DNA of 27,624 bases, taken from Bacteroidota bacterium (GTDB lineage Bacteria; Bacteroidota; Ignavibacteria; Ignavibacteriales; Ignavibacteriaceae). Positions 7,670-16,132 of the stretch are shown here, piece by piece. The notes beneath the pieces were generated by a model. The model was not told the origin of the DNA. It saw only the letters and a program-made list of their open reading frames with translations, and did no database searches. The stretch spans positions 1-27,624 of the forward strand of contig JAJYIL010000001.1 in NCBI GenBank assembly GCA_021790055.1, read 5' to 3'. The position numbers were made by a program, and so were the translations under genes. Each line of letters begins with the position of its first letter. Position 1 is the first letter of the stretch.

Positions 7670-9910
7670 TTACCGGTGTATAACGGCAACTTTCCCAGTG
7701 AAAACGTTCGTACCTTCTCTGTCATATGCTACAACAAGGTAAATCCCGGTGCTAACAAGATTACCGTTCGAGTCTGTTCCGTCCCAGTAAGCAACTCGTC
7801 CTCCCGGAGACGAAAATTGTTTTATCAATCTGCCATCGATTGAAATAATTTTTATTTCGGAGTCTCTTATTAACCCGTCAATCGTAAGCCTGTTGGTTCC
7901 GCTCTTTAACACGAAAGGGCTTGGATAGAAAGACAGCTTGGTAAAAGAATCCTGCGGCTGAACGGCAGAGGTATTAAATGATGTCAATCCTTGATTGGTT
8001 CCTACGTAAACCGTACCAGTGTTTTTATCAATAGCAATGCTCGTAATATCATTGCTCAAAAGCGGGCTGTTCTGCGTGTTATAGGCGGCAAGCAGTTCCG
8101 TACCATCGGAGTTGACGAGCAGTAAACCTTGATCCGTTCCTATCCATTTTCGATTTATCGGATCAACGGCTATGCAATTAACCGACTGTTCGCGAAGCGT
8201 GAAAACGCTTGTAATACTTGGCAGAGGAGCGCCGCCTGAAACTATGCTCTGAGTATTTGAAACGACATTAACGCCAAGATTGCTTCCTACCCAAATATCG
8301 CCGTTCTGATCGACAACAACTGAATTTATGCTTGTGCTGTTTAATCCGTCGTTGGTTGTAAGGTAGCCGTAAACGTCGTCATTAGTGTTCGTAAAAGTTT
8401 TATTCTCATTGTAATAGAATAAGCCCGCCCTGTCGCCGTCTGTGGTTGAAAACCATTTTGTATCAAATTGATCGATAGCGAGATGATCATATAAGTCAAT
8501 ATATTGAAAGCCTGTGGAGGGCACATAAAAATTATACCATGTGCTGTCGGGGGTTAGAGCGTTTAAAGTTTTAAGATTGATGCCGCCGTAATTTAAAACC
8601 CATAAATCGTTTTGTGAATCTACCCCGAAACCGGTAATTACAAGGAATCCAGGATAACTGGTAATACCCTGCATGCCGGTTCCTGTTGTATCATATTCTT
8701 TAATTACGCCGTCTTTTATTCTAATGAATCCTTCGCCCCAGCTTCCAAGGTAAACAGAGTTATCAGGAGCTGCATAGGCAACGTAGTATGCATTCGAAGG
8801 CAGAGAAGGAACTGTCTGCGTATTATAATTTGTCCATGTTTTTCCGTCGAATTTATAAAATCCTTTAAGTACCTGATCGGTTCCGCTTGCACACCATAAA
8901 TTTCCGTTGTTATCAACCGCCATTGACGAGAACTGGTTGGCTGCCGGACCATTCGGCGCTACCGTGTTATTTTGATTACCATATACCTGGATTATTCCAT
9001 TGTTACTTGCAGCCAACAAGCCGGTTGATGCAGAGTAATATAATTTTGTTACGTTAGAATTAAAAGAAAGGCTTTTAACGATTGATCCGTTATAGAAATA
9101 GGCAATACTGTTATTTGTTAAGATTAAAATTGAATCTCCGATAACCGAAATATCATTTATATTACTTTGATATTGCGGAAGAAAACTATACCATTTATTG
9201 CCGTCAAAAGATTGAAGCCCGCTGCTTGTTGCGGCTATAAGAGAATCTTTGTAGGGGATTATTTTGTTAATAGTAACATTGATTATGCCGGTTGGAGTAG
9301 GATAAACCGTCCACGAATCCGGTGCCGATAAATTTGTTGCGCCCGGTTTTTGTATGGCTGAACCGGCATCTGTAGAAACGTACAGCAAACCGTCAATTAG
9401 TATGTTGCTAACAGAAGTATTGGAAGGCAGGTTTCCGAATTTTGTTGTATTGCTGATTATGTGGTAATCTATGGCATCGATAAGTGAAATTCCGAAGCTT
9501 GTAGCTGCATAGATTGTATCGCCTGAAGCCCTCAATTCATTTATCTGCTTGATTGACTTCTCAGAGTATTCCGAAAAGCTAAAAATACTTTTTATGGATT
9601 GATCTGCAGGATTATAAACATCTATAACTCCTTCTGCACTGCCGAACCAGATCTTGCCATGCTTATCAACAGTAACGGCAGTCAAATTTATTCCGTTTAA
9701 GCCGTCGGCTTTGTGAAGCGTTAAAAAGCTTTTATCTGCCGGATTGTATGAAAAGCCCCCGCCGCTTGTAGCCGCCCAAATTTCATTACCGCTGGCAGCT
9801 ATTGCTGAAATGTTACCCATGTCCGTGTAGTTTTTCCAGTCGGAGGCTTGCTGCGCTGCAGCAAAATATGGAATGCAAAGTATGAATAAGATACCCAAAA
9901 AATTTTTCAT
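7670..9910 (-). CDS. PorZ-like beta-propeller protein (two-component-regulator propeller repeats) with T9SS-type C-terminal domain
   Basis: Sec signal peptide; repeated xDxxGxxWxGT propeller motifs (VDKHGKIWFGS, VDNNGNLWCAS, VDQNGDIWVGS, VDPINRKWIGT); CTD YPSPF...IKIISIDGRLIK...WDGTDSNGNLVSTGIYLV...KVAVIH. Confidence 0.8.
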   Translation of the reverse strand: MKNFLGILFILCIPYFAAAQQASDWKNYTDMGNISAIAASGNEIWAATSGGGFSYNPADKSFLTLHKADGLNGINLTAVTVDKHGKIWFGSAEGVIDVYNPADQSIKSIFSFSEYSEKSIKQINELRASGDTIYAATSFGISLIDAIDYHIISNTTKFGNLPSNTSVSNILIDGLLYVSTDAGSAIQKPGATNLSAPDSWTVYPTPTGIINVTINKIIPYKDSLIAATSSGLQSFDGNKWYSFLPQYQSNINDISVIGDSILILTNNSIAYFYNGSIVKSLSFNSNVTKLYYSASTGLLAASNNGIIQVYGNQNNTVAPNGPAANQFSSMAVDNNGNLWCASGTDQVLKGFYKFDGKTWTNYNTQTVPSLPSNAYYVAYAAPDNSVYLGSWGEGFIRIKDGVIKEYDTTGTGMQGITSYPGFLVITGFGVDSQNDLWVLNYGGINLKTLNALTPDSTWYNFYVPSTGFQYIDLYDHLAIDQFDTKWFSTTDGDRAGLFYYNENKTFTNTNDDVYGYLTTNDGLNSTSINSVVVDQNGDIWVGSNLGVNVVSNTQSIVSGGAPLPSITSVFTLREQSVNCIAVDPINRKWIGTDQGLLLVNSDGTELLAAYNTQNSPLLSNDITSIAIDKNTGTVYVGTNQGLTSFNTSAVQPQDSFTKLSFYPSPFVLKSGTNRLTIDGLIRDSEIKIISIDGRLIKQFSSPGGRVAYWDGTDSNGNLVSTGIYLVVAYDREGTNVFTGKVAVIHR

Positions 9911-11472
9911 TCTACGCCTGTAATTTTGTAAAACTTCCCGTTTGAAAATGTATAAAGTATCTTATTCTTCAACTCCGACTTGTTAAAAGTTAAGGACTTA
10001 ATTTTATTATTCCGATTTTTATCTTTCGCAAAGTTAATACTTTTTCCATTATTAAAAAGTATAAAATAATTGTTATCGGTCTGTCTCAACCGGATTCCGT
10101 TCTTGTTGCTGGAAAGATATACCTGGTCGGCAAAATTATTTAAGTAGCTTTTCGAATCAACTTTAATATTTATCCTGGTACTATCATCAAAATAAAAATT
10201 AAAGAGCTTATCAAAGGCAAGCTGAAAAACCGGGATGTCGTTTATCTTTGCCGGAATGGTTAAAAACTCCGCCTGTCTTGTACTTTCAATCTCTGACCTA
10301 TTCTGTTTTATAAACTCTTTAAGGGCTGTTATTGATTCCTGCGAATATTTAACCCAGTTGGTCTCTTCATGAATCAAGGCAATTGAATAAACTATTAAAA
10401 GTGAAATTGAAATTATAACCGGCAATCTTAATTGCTTAATATTTATTGAGAAGATCAAGTATGAAATTAAACCGGTAAAGCCAACGGACGGAAGATATAG
10501 GTACCATCGCATCATTAGCCTGCTTGCCGGGGCTATAGTGAGTATAATGAACAGGATAAAAAATAAAACTAAAGCATTCTTTTTCTTCCGCCTAAAGAAT
10601 ATAAATGCAAAGCCAGTTGCTGCAGCAATTCCAATTATAGCGGCGAAAAACTTATGCATCAGTAAGAATGACTGCATCTCTCTCAAGAAAAAGGGAAAGA
10701 CAAGCAGTCCTGTGAAAATAAAATAGTTCTTTACAACATCAATTAAAGTCCCTGTCGAATGAGCATCCCTGGCTGTGAAGACGTCGTTATTAAAAAGTAT
10801 AATCCTTATCAGTATAAATGCTGCCATAATAATTACGTAGGGAAGAAGCGCATTAATACTTTTCTTTAAGTTGTATTTCTTTTCTCCAAAATAAAAATAT
10901 AGAAGCCCTATTATAAGCGGAAAGCTGAACGCCATTTCTTTTGAAAGCAGGGACAGTGCAAAGGAAAGCATTGAAAAGAAACCCGGCTTGAAGCGCTTAC
11001 GAATGAAAGCAATTAAACCGGCTAAGTAAAAGATAATCATCACTCTTTCGAATAAGTCCGTAAGCCAGATTACTGCATAATCGTGAAGTGGGAAACATGC
11101 AAAAAATAAAGCCGCAAAAAGGGCAATTAATTTTTTCTTCGGATTGTCGTTTAGCAGCAGAAGAAAAAAGTAATAAACTAATACTGCCGCCGTTGCATGA
11201 AGTAGATTGTTCAGCAGCCTGTAACAAGGCACGTTATACTTGAAAGTTAAAGTAGAAATGCCTGAGATAAAATCCGGCAGAGGGCGGTAATAGTAGCCGT
11301 CGTAATCCTTCTTATTAAAAAGCGAAAGAGAATTTGCTAAGGAAGTAACCTGGTTTCGCTGTATAAAATAACTTTCGTCAGCTATTAAAGGAGATTTTAT
11401 AGAAAAGATGTAAAGGCTGAAGGCAAAGAGAAATACAATAAGAGGATAAAAAAAATTCTTAACCTTTGGCAT
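9907..11472 (-). CDS. Polytopic GT-C-fold glycosyltransferase-like membrane protein (PMT/TMTC-like)
   Basis: About 11-12 TM segments; acidic ADES after TM1; YYYRPL loop; LLSKEMA; RWYLYLPS; soluble C-terminal domain. Confidence 0.65.
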   Translation of the reverse strand: MPKVKNFFYPLIVFLFAFSLYIFSIKSPLIADESYFIQRNQVTSLANSLSLFNKKDYDGYYYRPLPDFISGISTLTFKYNVPCYRLLNNLLHATAAVLVYYFFLLLLNDNPKKKLIALFAALFFACFPLHDYAVIWLTDLFERVMIIFYLAGLIAFIRKRFKPGFFSMLSFALSLLSKEMAFSFPLIIGLLYFYFGEKKYNLKKSINALLPYVIIMAAFILIRIILFNNDVFTARDAHSTGTLIDVVKNYFIFTGLLVFPFFLREMQSFLLMHKFFAAIIGIAAATGFAFIFFRRKKKNALVLFFILFIILTIAPASRLMMRWYLYLPSVGFTGLISYLIFSINIKQLRLPVIISISLLIVYSIALIHEETNWVKYSQESITALKEFIKQNRSEIESTRQAEFLTIPAKINDIPVFQLAFDKLFNFYFDDSTRINIKVDSKSYLNNFADQVYLSSNKNGIRLRQTDNNYFILFNNGKSINFAKDKNRNNKIKSLTFNKSELKNKILYTFSNGKFYKITGVE

Positions 11473-11476
11473 AATG

Positions 11477-11938
11477 TCATATTTTAGACATCAAGTCCGC
11501 CATTTCGATGGCAGTGAGAGCAGCTTCCCAGCCTTTGTTACCAGCTTTTGTGCCGGATCTTTCAATTGCCTGCTCAACGTTGTTAGTTGTAAGAACCCCG
11601 AATGAAATCGGGATTTTGTACCTCAAAGAAACTTCTGAAATTCCATTGCTTGCCGCACCGGCAACATAATCAAAATGCGGTGTGGCTCCTCTTATAACGG
11701 CGCCTAAACAAATTATGGCATTGTAGATTTTCTTTTCGGCAAGCCTTTCTGCCGCCAGAGGAATTTCATAAGCGCCGGGAACTTTAACAATGTCGATATT
11801 TTCTCCGGGACACTCATATTGCTTTAAGCAGTCAATTGCTCCATCCAATAACTTTTGCCCGATGAAATCATTGTATTTACTTAGTACAATTGCGAATTTG
11901 AAATTTGAACAGGAATAGCTTCCTTCGAAGATTTTCAT
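11477..11938 (-). CDS. ribH: 6,7-dimethyl-8-ribityllumazine synthase
   Basis: [44 protein letters not shown]. Confidence 0.97.
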   Translation of the reverse strand: MKIFEGSYSCSNFKFAIVLSKYNDFIGQKLLDGAIDCLKQYECPGENIDIVKVPGAYEIPLAAERLAEKKIYNAIICLGAVIRGATPHFDYVAGAASNGISEVSLRYKIPISFGVLTTNNVEQAIERSGTKAGNKGWEAALTAIEMADLMSKI

Positions 11939-11942
11939 ATTA

Positions 11943-12776
11943 TTATGCTGTGTTCCTTAGCAGTCTTTGCCGCATAGCATCGACTATTGAATAATTGACT
12001 GTAAATTTCCCCAGGTTATTCTCGTCTTCTCTTTTACCGCCGTGAAAGTCGGAACCGCCCGACTCCAGCAGGAAATATTCGTTTACAATACCTTTATAAA
12101 ATCTTATCAACTGCTGTGAATGCGATGGATGAATAACCTCTATACCGTCGACGCCTGCGCTGATTAAATCCTTTAACAGATTGTCGTTCATCGGACCCGG
12201 ATGCGCAACAAAGCTTAAGCCGCCGGCGTCGGTAATTATCTTAAATGCGCTTTGCGGAGAAAGATGAACCTTCTTTTCATAAGCCGGGCAGCCGTTGCCG
12301 ATATATTTATTGAAGGCTTCAAAGTAATTAGATATTAAACCCTTCTCGAACAGCACTTCTGCAATATGCGGTCTTCCAACAGCGCAATTCTTTGCTTTTT
12401 CAAGAACGTCATCAATCGAAATACTGAATCCAAGCGTTTTTAATTTTTCAACAATTCTAACCGCACGCTTTAATCTTTCTTCCCTAAAGAAGACGAGATA
12501 CCTTTCAAGCTCCTTATTGTCCGGCTCGAAAAAGTAAGCCAGTATATGTATCTCCTTGTCGTTTACATCAGTACTAATTTCAAGCCCCGGGATTACTTCT
12601 ATACCTATCTTCCTGCCTTCTTCGGCAGCCTCAATAATACCGGCAAGGTTGTCATGGTCTGTTATACTTATTGTATCCAGTCCGCGTTCTTTGGCTTTAG
12701 AAACAATTTCAACGGGAGAGTAATAACCGTCCGAGAAAAACGTATGAATATGTAGATCTACTTTCCCGTTCATCAA
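11943..12776 (-). CDS. PHP-domain metallo-phosphoesterase (YciV/TrpH-like)
   Basis: [45 protein letters not shown]. Confidence 0.9.
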   Translation of the reverse strand: MMNGKVDLHIHTFFSDGYYSPVEIVSKAKERGLDTISITDHDNLAGIIEAAEEGRKIGIEVIPGLEISTDVNDKEIHILAYFFEPDNKELERYLVFFREERLKRAVRIVEKLKTLGFSISIDDVLEKAKNCAVGRPHIAEVLFEKGLISNYFEAFNKYIGNGCPAYEKKVHLSPQSAFKIITDAGGLSFVAHPGPMNDNLLKDLISAGVDGIEVIHPSHSQQLIRFYKGIVNEYFLLESGGSDFHGGKREDENNLGKFTVNYSIVDAMRQRLLRNTA

Positions 12777-12782
12777 TAATTA

Positions 12783-13466
12783 TCAGCTAAACATTTCCTT
12801 GAATTTTTCGTAATCCATAATTCTGAGGCGTGAGCCGTCAAGTTCTACCAGACCCTTTTTAGCAAACGAGTGAAGTGTTCTCGAAATAGTTTCCCTGGAA
12901 GTACCTGCCATGTTTGCAAGGTCGTGCTGGTAAGGAAGCTTTTCAATCTCAACCGTACCTTGACGTATTTTCCCGAGATCGTCGGCAAGCTGTAAAATTA
13001 CAGTAGCTACTTTGCCTTCGGCGTCCTTTAACGACAAAGACTTGATCTTCATATCGGCAGCACGTAGCCGCGAAGTAAGTTCTTGAAGCAATGCTACGGC
13101 AATCTCCGGATGGCTGTGAAGCATATCTAAAAACTCACTTCTTTGAATTATGAACAGCTCCGAATCTTCCATTGCGGTAACATTGGCAGAACGGGACTGT
13201 CCGTCCAGTATTGCCATTTCACCGAAGAAATCGGACTCGCCTAAAATAGTTAAGATTACTTCTTTACCGTCATCGCTAACCCTGGAAACTTTCACTTTAC
13301 CATTAATGATGACGAACAGCGCAGACCCGGTTTCATGCTCAAAAAGCACAACCGAATCCTTCGAGAAACTCTTCCGAATTCCGAGTTTTGAAATCTGGTC
13401 TAAAGTACTGTCATCCAATTCTGAAAAGATTGGAACGTATTTTAGAAAATCGTTGTTTTCTGGCAT
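12783..13466 (-). CDS. Crp/Fnr-family transcriptional regulator (cyclic-nucleotide-binding type)
   Basis: cNMP pocket FFGEMAILDGQSRSANV; HTH LANMAGTSRETISR; no Fnr-type N-terminal Cys cluster. Confidence 0.95.
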   Translation of the reverse strand: MPENNDFLKYVPIFSELDDSTLDQISKLGIRKSFSKDSVVLFEHETGSALFVIINGKVKVSRVSDDGKEVILTILGESDFFGEMAILDGQSRSANVTAMEDSELFIIQRSEFLDMLHSHPEIAVALLQELTSRLRAADMKIKSLSLKDAEGKVATVILQLADDLGKIRQGTVEIEKLPYQHDLANMAGTSRETISRTLHSFAKKGLVELDGSRLRIMDYEKFKEMFS

Positions 13467-13593
13467 ATAAAACCCTCTTAAATTTATAAATTTATTTGAA
13501 ATATATGCTTAGGCAGGTAAAAAGTCAACCGTGTCTCTCCGTCACAAGCAAAAAATATTTTTCTAAGCTAAGAAATGTGATTTGAATTAGGCT

Positions 13594-13601
13594 TATATTT
13601 G
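13594..13601 (+). promoter_or_regulatory. Putative Bacteroidota-type -7 promoter box (TAnnTTTG)
   Basis: TATATTTG lies 38 bp upstream of the 13640 ATG. Confidence 0.4.
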
Positions 13602-13639
13602 CTTAGGAATACTCATCCATATTTCGGATAGGCTGGATT

Positions 13640-14110
13640 ATGAAGCATAAAATAAAACATGCAGAAGGCTTAGTCTTTTATGCTGCAATCATTGTAATAA
13701 TTATTTTTCAACAAAGGAGTTTTGCACAAAATGATACGGGTGTTAAACTAAATACCAAAATGGACTCGAGCACGGTATTACATCCTAAGATATTCAATCC
13801 GTTCTTAAATTATCATCTTACTAATAATTTCATGCCTTCAATAAATTATAATGATGATTTGAACTTGACAGGAACAAGCTCCGAGGATGCATGGGGAATA
13901 TCGATGGCAAGGCTTAGGCAATCGGCTTTCTTTTTTGATGAGCCTGGAGGAAATCTAAAAGCCGATCTTTATATGCAAAATTTTCTTTTCAAAGAAAAGG
14001 GATTAATGGCAACTGTCAGATATTTCCTTGGAGTAGCCAGTATGTCTGCAGCAGGATATTTTGCATATAAGCATATTCAAAAATACGGATTTATTAAAGA
14101 CAAAAAATAA
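13640..14110 (+). CDS. Hypothetical exported/membrane protein
   Basis: N-terminal hydrophobic signal (cleavage near SFA-Q); C-terminal hydrophobic segment YFLGVASMSAAGYFAY followed by a basic tail; divergent from crp with a promoter-like box. Confidence 0.65.
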   Translation: MKHKIKHAEGLVFYAAIIVIIIFQQRSFAQNDTGVKLNTKMDSSTVLHPKIFNPFLNYHLTNNFMPSINYNDDLNLTGTSSEDAWGISMARLRQSAFFFDEPGGNLKADLYMQNFLFKEKGLMATVRYFLGVASMSAAGYFAYKHIQKYGFIKDKK

Positions 14111-14375
14111 AGCAACTTCGCGGCTCTTACCAGCCACGAGTATTACGGAATTAAAATTTGTTAATTGCCATCAGCTAAAGAGGCTGTGTGAAAGCGCGTT
14201 AAGAACAGATAAATATTCATCTATTCATAAATATCCTGGCGGAGTTCCTGTGATGAGGGGGGATATTTTGTATACAAACTTTCTGGCATAGCCATCAATA
14301 TGTAAAATTCCTAACGAAGTTATGTATTTGGTTTGATTTCATTGTTCTATAAAAACGAAATGTTTGTAGCATGCG

Positions 14376-15245
14376 CTACGAAATAACTCTTTTCAATCTT
14401 CCTTTCATTATCGGTGATTCAAAAACAAAAGCTCTAATTGAAATTGCTGCAAGTATTACTATGCCGCCAACAATTGCCATTAACGATGGAACCTCTCCGT
14501 AGCCGAGAAATACCCAAACAGGATTTAATACCGGCTCTATCATCGAGATGAGCGAGGCTTCAATCGCATAGACGCGCTTCAATCCATAGCTAAAGACCGC
14601 GTACGCAATTCCTATCTGAAAAATCCCGAGAAAAGATACCATTAAAAAATTCGGCACAGTGAAGCTTGTAATATCAAATATTGAACTCAAGCATATAACC
14701 GAAACTAAAATATTCCCATAGAAGATAGAGCTGAACTGGTATTCCTTTTTATTCTTTCTCATGCCCAAAAGAAATGCGGCAAATGCAATACCGGAAAGCA
14801 ACGCTAATATGTTGCCTCTTATATCGCCTAAAGAAAGCTTGCCGACAAAGAACAAAACCATCCCGATGAAGCAAAAGAAAATTGTAACGATGTTTATCTT
14901 TTCATATTTAGTCTTGTTGATAATCGGTTCGAATATTAATACGTAAATAGGCGCTGTATATTGAAGAAAGATAGCGTTGGCGGCAGTCGTCATCTTTGTT
15001 GCCATTACAAAGAGGATAAGAATTCCGGAATAGAGAGCTGCATTTATAAAGGTAAAAATGTTAGCGTAGAAAATTTCTTTCTTAAATATTACGAGAAATA
15101 CAATGGCGGCAAAAAAGCTTCTGAAAAAAGAAATTTGTATTGCATTAAATGTAACAAGCTTTATAAATAGACCGCCGGTGCTCCATAAAAGTCCGGCTGC
15201 AAAAACGGCAAGTATTCCTTTTTGGTGTTCGTGCAGATGCTTCAT
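14376..15245 (-). CDS. DMT/EamA-family transporter
   Basis: Ten TM segments in two EamA repeats (LLWSTGG, FFRS, ANAIFLQYTAP, IEPVLNPVW). I prefer the ATG at 15245 over the track's TTG at 15272, because a TAATTTTG box overlaps 15270-15277. Confidence 0.9.
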   Translation of the reverse strand: MKHLHEHQKGILAVFAAGLLWSTGGLFIKLVTFNAIQISFFRSFFAAIVFLVIFKKEIFYANIFTFINAALYSGILILFVMATKMTTAANAIFLQYTAPIYVLIFEPIINKTKYEKINIVTIFFCFIGMVLFFVGKLSLGDIRGNILALLSGIAFAAFLLGMRKNKKEYQFSSIFYGNILVSVICLSSIFDITSFTVPNFLMVSFLGIFQIGIAYAVFSYGLKRVYAIEASLISMIEPVLNPVWVFLGYGEVPSLMAIVGGIVILAAISIRAFVFESPIMKGRLKRVIS

Positions 15246-15269
15246 TAAATTTTTTGGTAATTGAAAATA

Positions 15270-15277
15270 CAAAATTA
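15270..15277 (-). promoter_or_regulatory. Putative Bacteroidota-type -7 promoter box for the EamA gene
   Basis: The reverse strand reads TAATTTTG, 24 bp upstream of ATG 15245. Confidence 0.35.
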
Positions 15278-15339
15278 CGAAAGCTTGATGAATATAATAG
15301 TATAAAACACATGTAGACGCGGGAATTCTTAACAGAAAA

Positions 15340-15403
15340 TTATTGAATCAATAACCTTTGTTAATTGAATTCAATTAAGGCAGAATAAATCGTACCTAAG
15401 GTA
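15340..15403. promoter_or_regulatory. Cluster of palindromes, possible operator sites
   Basis: TTATTGA-A-TCAATAA (15340-15354), perfect 18-mer TTAATTGAATTCAATTAA (15361-15378), TACCT-A-AGGTA (15393-15403). Confidence 0.35.
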
Positions 15404-15567
15404 GAATAAAAAACATCTACGCCATAATTACAATTAACTGTGCCAGGATGCCGGTTGAATGAGGATGATTAAGAATTTTATTACTCTATAACAACTATCT
15501 GGTTTATGTCGTGCATATCTATTCGTATAAAACTAAAGAAGTTATTCAATTTTATAAAACAAAGCTA

Positions 15568-15641
15568 ATTGAATATTGAAAGTTGAGAGTTGAACATTGA
15601 ACATTTAAAAAATATTAAATACTCAATTTTCAATGCTCAAT
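15568..15641. repeat. Hairpin element of tandem 7-mers in inverted orientation (RTTGARN family)
   Basis: Left arm ATTGAAT-ATTGAAA-GTTGAGA-GTTGAAC-ATTGAAC-ATTTAAA (15568-15609). Right arm ATTAAAT-ACTCAAT-TTTCAAT-GCTCAAT (15614-15641); the last three units reverse-complement to ATTGAGT, ATTGAAA, ATTGAGC. Confidence 0.7.
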
Positions 15642-15665
15642 TAGAATCATTAAATATTGTTAAAT

Positions 15666-15673
15666 TATATTTG
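15666..15673 (+). promoter_or_regulatory. Putative Bacteroidota-type -7 promoter box for the archease-rtcB operon
   Basis: TATATTTG lies 22 bp upstream of ATG 15696. Confidence 0.45.
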
Positions 15674-15695
15674 CGTCAATTTTATTATTATTGAT

Positions 15696-16127
15696 ATGAC
15701 CGGCACGTACAAATTTATAGACCACACAGCAGATATTGCAGCAGAAGTCTCCGCTGAGAATTATAATGACTTGTTCATCATATCTGCGCTTGCATGGAAG
15801 GATTCCGTTGCCGGAAATTTTTCTTTAGATAAACCCGAAGAAAAAGAAATTGAAATAAATGACCGCTCATTAGAAGAACTGCTGGTTCATTTTCTATCGG
15901 AATTAAATTATCTTTTGTTTGTAAAGAAATGGATTTTTTCTAAGGTCAAGAATATAACCGTTAAGGAAAATGAAAGGCAATTTGAGGCGAAGATAAAAAT
16001 TACCGGAGAGCCGGTTGAAGAAAATAAGCATGAATTAAAAATTGAAATTAAAGCCGTAACCTTTCACCAGATGGATATAAAATACGGCGACGGGAAATAT
16101 AAGACAATAATTGTGTTTGATATATAG
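15696..16127 (+). CDS. Archease (RtcB activator)
   Basis: Signature YKFIDHTADI at the N-terminus and IKAVTFHQM near the C-terminus; immediately upstream of rtcB. ATG 15696 preferred over the track's TTG 15657. Confidence 0.92.
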   Translation: MTGTYKFIDHTADIAAEVSAENYNDLFIISALAWKDSVAGNFSLDKPEEKEIEINDRSLEELLVHFLSELNYLLFVKKWIFSKVKNITVKENERQFEAKIKITGEPVEENKHELKIEIKAVTFHQMDIKYGDGKYKTIIVFDI

Positions 16128-16132
16128 AGATT

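Noticed and set aside
13529-13590. CRP-box-like sequences upstream of crp (CGTGT-N7-TCACA; TGTGA half-site at 13576)
   Set aside because: Spacing is wrong or the second half-site is missing relative to TGTGA-N6-TCACA; too weak to call.
14061-14291. 76-aa + strand ORF running into the spacer
   Set aside because: It overlaps the 3' end of the 13640-14110 gene by 50 bp, has no RBS and shows no motif.
15280-15560. Possible riboswitch upstream of the EamA gene or rtcB operon
   Set aside because: I could not find the conserved cores of lysine, SAM-I, TPP, cobalamin, FMN or c-di-GMP riboswitches by eye; an Rfam scan would be needed.
15657-15695. ORF-track TTG start of archease
   Set aside because: It would include the putative promoter box; ATG 15696 gives the usual archease N-terminus just before DHTAD.
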